A stretch of DNA of 62,824 nt, counting the filler, from Kipferlia bialata (Eukaryota), in assembly GCA_003568945.1 (NCBI GenBank). It is 4 parts of 3 records of this genome, joined end to end, with 100 filler letters (N's around TTAATTAATTAA, not from the genome) between each part and the next. Parts side by side here need not be neighbours in the genome. Positions count along the whole stretch, not along the records: positions 52,162 to 62,824 come from BDIP01000183.1; 3 more parts are not named here. The stretch is one strand, 5' to 3'. Position numbers and translations under genes: made by a program. The notes beneath the pieces are model-generated. The model was not told where the DNA came from. It saw only the letters and a list, made by a program, of their open reading frames with translations, and did no database searches. This document shows, piece after piece, positions 52,162-62,824 of the stretch; the stretch's first letter is position 1, and each line of letters begins with the position of its first letter.

Positions 52162-52632
52162 GGAAAAGTGGAGGGGGGGGGGGGGGGGGGGGGGGGGGCA
52201 GAGAGACTGATTGCAGGAAGAAGGTTGTGTGTGTCAGACCCAATAGTGTGTCTGATACGGTTCCTGATTGTATGTGTCGTGGGGGAGGGGGGGGGGGGAT
52301 GTACCTACTGATTCAGTACTAGAGCCCTTGGGCTTCCGATTATCTTGGTCAAGTGTCTGTCTACTATCCAATACGGAGCAAAGAAACAGGGTAATAAGAA
52401 GAGAGGCATTATATGAACTCATATCTTCATTAAGTGTCCGTTTTGTCATTGAACCCTTTTTCATTCACCGAGAGGTAGATCCACGGGATCTACCTCATTG
52501 TGTGACAACTCGCTTTGTATCTATATCATATATTTTGTTTTTCCACACTTCATTATGAGTTGCATCTATTCTGGTGGTCTTCCGCCTACCTATGATGTCT
52601 TTCACATGAGTATCACCCCGGGGTCCTTATCT

Positions 52633-55600
52633 TTACTCACTAGACTCTAGCACACTCTCCAGCATATCCCTGATGGCTATCCCAAAGAACTCATACCCGT
52701 AGATGATGTGGGGGATGGTCAGAAGGTTGGGTTTGGCGTCAATTCGTCTCCTCATCCAGTCCCCCTTCTCCCTCTCTCTCTCTAGATACTGCTCTACTAG
52801 AGGTCTTCTGGACTCAGGTTTTGTCCATACCCACTGAGTGTCACTATCTCCATGGACATGTTCCTCCCTAGCATGTGCAGTGGGTCGCTCATACTCTAGG
52901 TAGGCAGGAAGGACACTCAGGATGATGTCCGGAGTTGGTAAGGCAAGTGCACAGTGTAGATATGCACCAACATGTCCATGAATAGAAGTGGAAGCGCCGC
53001 AGTGTATGGCCACCACTCTGTTCAGGGACCTCAGCATAAGGGGGCAGTGTACCCCTCCAATGGGGTTGTAGGACACACCGAATGGTAGTGGCTCTCCCAT
53101 GAGGTCGTCACTCTCCTCAGTGAGACACTCACTCTCACTATCAGGGTGTGGGAGGGACTGCCTTGTACTCCCCAGCATCACTGCAGGTGTGTATCCCCCT
53201 AGTCCAACTAGAGAGGGTGCAACCATAGAGGGCAGACACATGCCCGGGTACGAGGGGAGTGACTCTGGTATGCTCAACAAGCACGGTTCGAAGTGCCTGG
53301 TTGAGATGTCCCCCTGACAAGCCAGGCTGTTACACCACTGGGAACCAAACAGATACGCTAGTGAGACTGTTACATGGCTAGTGTCACCGAGTCTCGCTGG
53401 CCGCTCCCCTTTGATGCGCTGATACTTGGCGATTGCGATGGACAGCCGGGTAGCAAGGGTGTTTGCCACACACTCTACAAACAGAGAGTCAGGTACCTCT
53501 AGACTGGGGTCTGCCGCTAGTGCCACTAGGCGATGGAAGGTGTCTACAAAGGGGGCCCATACTCTCACTGTTGACGGGGGATAGGAGTATGTGTTCCTCG
53601 TCACAGCCGTGTCCCGCTGCTTCCGCTGTGTCGTGCCTGGCAGTAAGGTATTGCAGTTAATTACTAATAGAAACAACACACTACAGTAATACACTACCAC
53701 ATCCCTTTACCTCATCAGCAATGCTGATTTAGCATATAGTCTGTTGATTCAAACCTCACCTGGCAACGACTGAGAGACTACGTACTGGTAGGGCCAGTGC
53801 TAACAGTCGTGGGTACTGCTGGGGAAGTGATGTGAGTCGGTCCATGTAGCACCCCCCCTTGGCGGAGTCGGGAGAGAGCAGTGCCCCGGGGGGTGGCTGC
53901 ATGTAGGATGATATCTGATAGCCAGAGAGGGACATGTGGGTGAGCAGATCCTGGTCCCACTCTACACTGTCGGGTCTCAGTGGATGTACACTCCAGTCAA
54001 ATGGCCCTTCGTCTCCATCTTGTACATGCCTACTATATGCTTCCATGACAGAGACCATGGTCCTAGGGTGTCCACAGCACCTGAGCAGAGCAGCCACAGC
54101 ACGAGGCATATCCTCTCTAGGGACCTCGCATCTCTCACCCCCTGGGCTGGGTGTGTACCCCTGTGCCGCAAATGCACGAACTGCAGAGACCTTGGTGATC
54201 CCATGTATGTAGTAGTCCACTGGTATGATGGGTGCATTCCCAGAGTCCCACATCTTGGCGGCGTCATCCCTGCATCTATGTGAGATATATACTACTATTA
54301 CTCTTATACAGATTATTACTATCAATACTTACGTACATTCCCATGGTAGTCAATGCGAAGGAGTCTCCCTCCCACCGTCTCAGCATGTGTTCTCCTCCCT
54401 GTAATATCAGTATCAATATAAGTATTGTATGTATACATTGTATATATTCAAATTGAGGTATATCAAGAGATGGTTACAGGATCAGTAAAACACAGAGTCA
54501 CATATGTAGTCGACATATATATATTTGTATTCTATGCATACCTTCAGTGTGGCCCTTGGATCTGCCATGAAGTCGTGGATGTAGATTATGTATGGTATGT
54601 GGCTGCACTTGGCCCATGGATGCTTTCGCATCAGAGAGAGCGCTGTAGCGTCATCTGGGTACATTGCCATGACGGCAGTCATGTTATGGGCGAGTACAGC
54701 AGGATCCTCTCTGTCTGTGTACAGTCCACTCTCTGTTGGATATGACAGACACACAGGCATGTGCGGGGTTGGAGTGTACTCTGTTCGCCCTATCTGGAGA
54801 ACACGATGACGTTGAAAGAGAAAGTGTCTCCTCTCCATCTCCCACAAGAATGTGTCGTACATGGAAGGACAGGTCTGCTGCACGATAGACCTGTATATGT
54901 GGTCGGTGTCTGTGTGCTTGGCTATGTTGACAGAGCGCCCAGAGAGATGTATGTACATGAGGAAGTAGACATGGCTCCTAGCGTGACTTAGCCTCACTGC
55001 ACGTTCTCTGAGATTGTGCGGGTCAGTCCTCTGCCAAGATTGAGGTGTGTAGTGGTGCGAGACCCTCTCTATAACAGCCTCCAGGAAGCCCTTCCTTAGG
55101 AGTACGGTGTCCAGTACACCACATGCAAACTCTGCCTTACCAGAGCCAGGAGTACACTGTGTACTACACAGTCTTGTCACCCCTCCGAACTCCGGCCAGT
55201 CTAAGGGCCAGACCACAAGTGTATGTCACTACGAGTGTGTCCATACCAAGGAGGGGGCGCCTCCGCTGACCGTTGAAGGGGGGCAGCGTGTTTGCATGGA
55301 GTGCTGCTTTGGTCCAAGCCTTGTAGGTGAGATGTGGATTCGATATACAATGGTCGTATATCATAGTGTCTTGTACCCAGAGATTGGCATGTACTACTCC
55401 GTGAGGTCTCTCACCTATACACACACATATACACATATCATTGCATGTACATATATACACACCTCGTATGATCTCTCAGCCTCAGCCTCTGCACTGAGCT
55501 CCTGTATCAATGCCAGAGAGTCAGTCAGAGAGTGAATGCCTCTAGACAGACACTCACTCTTAGGTAGTAACACACACGGCACACACATGGGTGCATACTG

Positions 55601-57598
55601 TACCCACCCCTCCTCCCCCACACACTCAGCTGGGTCGAAGCGCCTCAGGGGGGTGAGGCAGGGGTCTAGCTCCAGTTCAGTGTGGAGAGGTATGTCAGGC
55701 ACAGGGTAGATGCCGACAACAGGTACACCGACCAGTACTATATCACCAGCCGCGGGTGACTCTTTTGGCTTGAACCCCCTACACAGCTTGTTGCGTGTGT
55801 CACTTAGGTAGCAAGGGTCCCCTCTCTCGAGTCTTGCGAAGAGGAGCTCTCTATCCTTCATTGAGGGGAGAGCACCCGTGTATAGCTCTCCACGCACTGA
55901 GCTCGTCGTAGTGGGTAGGGCAGACTGTGGCAAGTCACAGTGTGACAAGTCAGAGAGTGCGTAACTGTCCTCTGCCAGTCTAGTGGAGTAGTGCCAGTGT
56001 GTCATGCTGTCAATGCTAGAGAGGGCAGGGATATCCTAGGATCAAAGACGTATAGTGTATATATCATAAGTAATGGTATTTACATACTAAAGAATATGGT
56101 ACGGTTTATGGTATATGGTCCATACAGTGACTGGTAGAGAGGGCAGGGATATCCTAAGGGGGTGAGAGACTATATAGTAGACAGTATATATATATATATT
56201 ATATAGTATATATTATATGGTATATAGTATATAGTATATAGTATATGGAGAGGGCAGGGATATCCTAAGGGGGTGAGAGGTGTATGATGTATAATGTGTT
56301 ATATGTAGGACGTACCATATTGTATACAGTATGCAATATATTATTCATTTGCCAATATATAGTGTATAGAATATTTCATATCATATTGTCAATGATATGC
56401 CCTTCTCTATTCCGATCCGCAATAGACTGATACCTCAGTATAACCAAATGCCTGCACTTTGTAGCCGGCGGCTGGTGCGGCTATGTTTCGGATAGTGCGG
56501 ATGCCACTGGTATTAATACTCAATGATAGAATGAGAATGGATTACTTCTCATTCTTTCATTACTTTGTTATTTGTACTTAGTGTTAACAGTATTCAATAT
56601 CACTGGACTCCTGGGGGGGGAGATGGGAGGTAACGTGGTATGTGCCACTCATTGCATAGTATATACCTAAGGAGTTTCTGTGTCACCTCCCCGTCGTACC
56701 TGTTAATACATATTGATGCACATATTACACTGTGTAAATGTATAAATGTATATGATACAAATATTATTCACTGAATACCTAATGAACAGGTGTGTCACCT
56801 CCCCGTCATACATGTTGATACACATACCTAAACATATTACATTGTGTATATATGTAATATATACATTGTATATGATGTGTAATATATACCTGATGAACAG
56901 CTGTGTCACCTCCCCATCATACATGTTGTGCTTCACACACACTGTCACAAGGGACTGACCCGATGCAGAGTAGGGGTAGAGGGGGCAGACCTAATAGTGA
57001 ATGTATGTATACTATATATGATATATACTATGTACAATATATATCAATACACAAACTATATGTACTGACCCGATGCAGAATAGGGAGAGAGGGGACATAC
57101 CTGGGGTCAGTATTAGAACCAATACAGTAGCTAGTGAATATGAGAAGAGAGAGAGTGGCAGCTGTCCGCTACGACAGTTGTATAGGTGCATGTAGATACA
57201 AGTATACGGAGAGAGGCACTAGAGACAGGCCAGAGGTAGTATCTGGGTAGAGACAGCAGAGTTAGAGTGTGTGGGACAATACATAGAGAGAGAGATATGA
57301 TACGCGGAGACTCCTGGGAGATCTATATTATAGGAAGAGATAGGAGGAGAGGACAGGTCTTGCGTGACCTTAGATTGACAAATACACATACTTACTCACA
57401 CACACTTATATCAATGTATAGTATATCTATATTGTGATACATATTGGACAGATATACTTTGAATATGTAGATGTGCACCACATCACCATGCAGTGCCAGG
57501 GTGGTGGGGGGGCAGATCAAAGACAGAATTAGCAACAAGTATACCTGCAGGGGATCTTCAAGAGTGGTGGCTGGGACTTGAGAGACATCTACTTCCAT
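52633..57598 (-). CDS. Large hypothetical protein with a degenerate P-loop-like motif; 5' exons uncertain
   Basis: Four long colinear minus-strand frames (about 56035-55463, 55216-54542, 54275-53760, 53640-52633) bounded by splice sites; CTPGSGKA and IIYIHD motifs; candidate first exon MEVDVSQVPATTLEDPLQ at 57598. Confidence 0.5.
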
Positions 57599-57999
57599 TT
57601 AGAGCTGTCTAAAGGCCAGATGTGATATGAACTAGGTCAACCCTTCCAATTTTTGGTGAATCGGATTTTCGGTTGATGTCTGCAAGATAGACAGTCCCTA
57701 TATTCCATTGACGTGCGTTGATTATCGTCATCTCTATGAGAACTTCTCTGTTGGCTGCATATTGAAGACACTCATTTCAATGTGATGACTCAAGAATAGT
57801 ATCCATTGTAGTGAGATGCAATACTAGTAATATGTATCAGATAATCACTAATAGCATCTTGATACTTCATAATCAATGTCTCTATTCTCCTGTTGAGGAT
57901 TGACGATGACATGGCATCTACATTAGGTGTGTGTCTAGGGCCTATACTCTAGGCCCTCTATCTCAGGTGAGCAATGGGTAGTCTACACCAGGTATATAC

Positions 58000-60900
58000 C
58001 TAGGCCCTCTGCCCCAGGTATGTATCTACTGGGACGACAGGCACTCCAAGGGCAGAGGCAACAGGGGGGAAGGCTAGGGGTATTAGATATGGCACACATA
58101 TATACATGTATACTATATATATATAGGGAACATCTCTATGTGAGGACAGGTACTCCAAGGGCAACAGGGGGGAAAGCTAGGTGATTAGACATCGACTGAT
58201 AAGCATGCATATGCAGTTGTGGCTGTCAAGCAACATAATGGGGAACAAGATGGTATACAGGCGTGACTATTGACGTTCGTGTATGCATATATATATGTAT
58301 ATATGTATGTATGTGTTTAAAATGTGCAGTAACTTACAGTATGTTTACCAGGCACCAGCCAAAGAAGTATGGTAAGTAGTCGTTCTGAAAGATAGTATGC
58401 AATGTAGACATGCACTGAAGATGAACACTAATAGCATACCGAGGAAGTAGCCCATCTCGTCCTGCAGTCTCTCTCTCTTGGCCTGTGAGTGCTTCAGCTC
58501 ACGGACCTAGATTGTCAGTGTCAGTAGTACTATAAGACGAGAGAGGGAACAAGGACATGTGGTAAGATATCCATAATGAGATCTTCTCACCTTCTTCTGG
58601 TACCTCTCGACCTGTGTCACTGCCTCTGTCTTCTGATCCTCTCTCCTCATCCTGGGATGAAGGTGGAGTATACTGCATATAGTAGTCATTATTCAATTAA
58701 TATGTATATAGGGCTTCCCGAAGCAAACGGTCGCTATGATCATGTCAGATACTACAATGTGATACCTTGGGTTCTTGGCTGCTACCTCAGCCACAAGGAC
58801 ATCATACTCTGCGCACTCAATGTCAGAGTCTGAGACAGTGGGAGTGGCCTGGGGGTTAATGATACTTCCAATATATTAAGCCATATCCAATCGCTGTCTA
58901 CAATGTATATGTATTACATAGTAAACGTACGCCGCACATACATATGTGTACATACACACACACATATATATATATATTTAAGTATGTATATGCAGATCTA
59001 TACATATACGTATATGAGTATATACACCCACCTTGTACTCCTCCAGCCGCTGCAGTCCCTGCTTCTGCAGAGGTGCCAGCTTGGCAAGTGTCTTTAGGAG
59101 AGAATCACTCTGGTCCCGCACCCTCTCCCACTCAGTCATGTTCACCCCACGCTGTGAGTGGTTGTTGCAGGTCCCTCCTCTTACACCTATACAGTGCTGG
59201 ATGCGGTCACAGCATGCAATGAGAGGGGTCGCCAGACGCAGTACCCCCCTCACATCATCGTTGTAGTCCTCCACCACGACGTACTTGACCTTGTCGGGGA
59301 GGGAGAGACTCATAGTGTCACGGGGGAGGGGGATGAGGCCAATGCTGTCGAGGCTAGCCACTAGCCCCTGAGCCTCAACGATAGAGGACGGTGCCTCGGA
59401 ATGGTCACGCTGAGAAATGAAGGCCTGACGTAAACATTTGACTCTGCCAGTCTAAAACTATACGCTAGAGGACTAATACCTGCAGAGAGGCGTGGAACTC
59501 CGTGCAGAGACCGGACAGCGAGGCGACCAGGGCTCCGCAGTCCTCCGAGACCACCTAGGGGGTTAGAAGTGGGAGAGAGAGCAATGCACTAAAAATGGAG
59601 AGGAGGTGGGGGTTTGGAGGTGGTGTATTTGAAATGTAGTGGATAGTGTACCTTCTCCAGTGTGTGCTCAGACATGAATGTCTGAAGGGCTGCCAGCTGA
59701 AAGGTGAAACATTATGGGGGGGAGGTATAGTAGGTGGACCATACTACATTGTGAGGTTGTGTTATCCAAATAATCACGTTGGTATAGGGGTACAAAATGT
59801 ACCCCATTACCAAACATACATGCCCCTCAATCACACTCTGTCTCTATGACATAGTCATATCTCATGTAAACACTATAGCAACCATATAGAAGCCACACTC
59901 ATATGGATACACAAAACAATTAGTACACATACAGCCTTCTCCTGAAGGCCTGTCCCTCTGGATACCTCGCTCTCTCTCACTCTACATATATATATAGATG
60001 TGTGTACTTGTTACCGTCTTCTGGAGGGCGGTCTCTCTCTCTATATATACATAATGTATACGTATATATATATATATGCACATGCAACAAGCTACCTTCT
60101 CCTGGAGGGCTGTCTGACTGCATGCCTCCAGGGAATCCAGAGCAGAGGACAGGGCTGGAGGGTAAGTGATGACAGTATACCAATCTGTAAATGCCTATTG
60201 TACCCCATATACCCTATAATTAATATAGTCTATATAAACATATACTATATGTTATATGTGTACATCCTGTAAACAGGGGCGAGTGAGGGACTGACCCAAT
60301 TCACAACACCATAATATTATGCCTACTCAGCATCCAGTCCCGACTCTAGGAATGAATGAACAGTCATTACCCATACTCCAGTGTATCTATATAGTATATA
60401 CGGTATGAGTCACACATACCCTCGATATCCATGGCCTTGACCCTCTCCGTGAGAGCCTTTACTCTCTCACTGGGAGTGAGAGGCATACTACTAATGTATA
60501 TTTCCGTACTATCATAGTGGACATACATACCGTAGAGAGGGTATATATACTATTATATACAACAGCTCTATGCAGGTACCTCATCTCTGGGTTGAAGTGT
60601 GCAAAGTGCTGCATCGGTGTCTGTTCCTCAGCCTATGGGTCAGACTATACTACATAGTATAAGGATACAGTGTATCAGTATCTCAGTATGATATGTTGTG
60701 TATCATTCACAAAATATGGATACTGTTCCTCAGCCTATGGGTCAGACTCTACTACATCTGGATAAGGATACACTACATAAGGATATGTATACTAATACTG
60801 ATACTTATTCAACAACATTATACATATATATACATGGAGAGACATACATTAGAAGGCGAGAATACAAATATATGGATACAGATATATACATACATACATA

Positions 60901-62134
60901 TATATATATATGTGTATATACCTGAGAGGCACGCTGTACGAGAGACAAATGAGAGGGCGAGTGAGGAGCTACATAAAGATCTATATACATTATATATATA
61001 CATATATATACATATGTATGTATATATATACAAACCTCAGAGGCACTCTGTATGAGCGACATATGAGAGGGCGAGTGAGGACCTATACATAGATACATAT
61101 GCACTATATACACATATATATATACATACCTCAGAGGCACCCTCTCTCTCTGGTTAGAAGGCGAGAGTTCATATATTATATATATAAGAGGTATATATAT
61201 AATATATAATATACATATGTATACATATACCTCAGCACCCTCTCTCTTGGGGTCACTGCACTCTGCAGAGATGGATGCACACTCTGCCAGAGTATCTGTC
61301 TCCTGTTCCCCTGCAAGTCTGCGGGTTACATCATCGTGAAAGAGGGCGTCCAGCTCCTCTTTCAGAGCCTCCTCGTTGGGACCCTCACAGTCGCTGAGAC
61401 GGAATGGACTTATGGGCCGAGGTCTTGACTTGTGACGGCCCTCCTCAGTAGCTACCTTCCTAGCCGCACTCTGAGTGGGAAGGCCATCAAGAGAGAGGCC
61501 ACCCCATCTGGTGTCGTCCTCGATGAGGGCCTCAATCTTCTCAATGAAACTATCGCTGAGGATGGCATCAAGCTCATCGATAGGGGTAGAGAGGGAAAAT
61601 GGGACAGCACCCTTCTTCTCGCTGTGAGGCAGAGAGCGAGGCCCGGTGGCAGTCTCTGGCGAGGGAGGGACTGTTACACCAGTGACATCAGTGACACCAC
61701 TAGCAGTGGTGGTAATGCTGGGAATGAATCCCTCACGGGCCCTGGTCCTCTTGACCTCGGCCTCGTAACGGGCCAGGTGCTCTCTGGCCACAGAGTTGGT
61801 GACACGGATGTGGTGCTTTCTACACTCCCTGGTGGATAAGACAACAAATATAGAGTATTTGTGTGAACACAGTGTATTATATACTGAGTATAAATGCCCG
61901 ACTACAATGCTGTATCGCACTGGAGGACAGTATGATTATCCTACATTCTCATTCCAGTATATATACATACTACTGGCTATATTACTATGTAGAGTATCAT
62001 ACATATACCGTATAGTATAGTGGGTGATAGTAGGAGAGTGCATACTATCAATAATGTACACAGTACCTGGTGTGTGTCACCAGCTCAGTGGTAGGGATCA
62101 GTTCACTGCAGAACATGCACTGGATAGGTTCCAT
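58000..62134 (-). CDS. Hypothetical protein with N-terminal CCHC zinc finger and C-terminal coiled coil
   Basis: MEPIQCMFCSELIPTTELVTHTR|ECRKHH (C-x2-C-x11-H-x3-C), long exon 61830-61231, later helical exons WERVRDQSDSLLKTLAKLAPLQKQGLQRLEEYK and ELKHSQAKRERLQDEMGYFL. Confidence 0.55.
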
Positions 62135-62438
62135 ATTGATCTAGGCTCAGCTTAGTGTGTCGAGAGAGAGAGAGAGTGAGGCCAGCCGCAGCCGAGCTCG
62201 GCCATATCTTCCGAATCGGAGATTTTTGGCAATAAGGGTTCCATTCGGAGGCCATGAAATGTCGTTTCAACTGCTATCGACCTCTACAAGACATACTGAC
62301 CTGGATAACGATTCTATTTTCTCACTGCCTGCTCACGAAACACTTATAAAAACACTGGTGGCCAACGACCAACCATCACTAGGCACTATTATCAAAGACT
62401 CGTATATATGTGTCACACACACACACTCTCTAGGCCCT

Positions 62439-62682
62439 TTAGTCACTCTCCTCCATAGAGACATCGCCCTGCTCCCCCTCACTCTCAGCCTCACTCTCAG
62501 GCTCTGGCACTGGCTCCTTGTCCTTGGCAGAGAGGGTGTTGCCCCCGAACATACGGGACATCACAGCAGCCCTGGGGTGAGATACTATTTTTATACGTAA
62601 ATATACATAAGATAGTGAGTAACAATACTAACCTGGACTCTGGGGCAACATAGAACCTGGGCTCCACAAACCCAACCAGCTC
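62439..62682 (-). CDS. 3' end of a hypothetical gene (two exons, acidic tail)
   Basis: ELVGFVEPRFYVAPESR|AAVMSRMFGGNTLSAKDKEPVPEPESEAESEGEQGDVSMEESD*. Confidence 0.5.
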
Positions 62683-62774
62683 CTGAGGGTAAGAGAGGCA
62701 TCTAGAGAGAGAGAGAGAGAGAGAGAGACAGCTAGAGACAGCTAGAGAGAGAGAGAGAGGGAGAGAGAGACAGC

Positions 62775-62824
<50 letters not shown>

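Overview
Eukaryotic genomic DNA from an intron-rich protist. It is most consistent with a free-living fornicate/metamonad such as Kipferlia; this is an inference from the branch-point-fused 3' splice sites and a split-type GcvPA with a short organellar presequence. The window is four scaffolds (1-12110, 12211-25223, 25324-52061, 52162-62824) joined by artificial N-TTAATTAATTAA-N linkers. Splicing GT..AG introns by hand gives about 20 genes, including a divergent cNMP phosphodiesterase, an Aa_trans amino-acid transporter, PRP39, a secreted repeat protein, HEATR6-like, TAF8-like, TMEM208/SND2, a PAK kinase with two CRIB domains, RPA2, a Rad1-like clamp subunit, a K+ channel-family protein, V-ATPase subunit c, SEL1L/Hrd3, GcvPA, a P-loop-like protein and a CCHC-finger coiled-coil protein. 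No rRNA, tRNA, CRISPR array or transposase was recognised. The most striking signal is that many introns, and one 3' UTR, carry 1-4 truncated tandem 'shadow' copies of the adjacent exon end together with its splice site. These copies differ from the complete exon and from each other mostly at synonymous positions, which neutral decay would not predict. Most ORFs in the supplied track are artefacts of (TA)n/(GA)n-rich introns. Exon boundaries are manual and have no transcript support.
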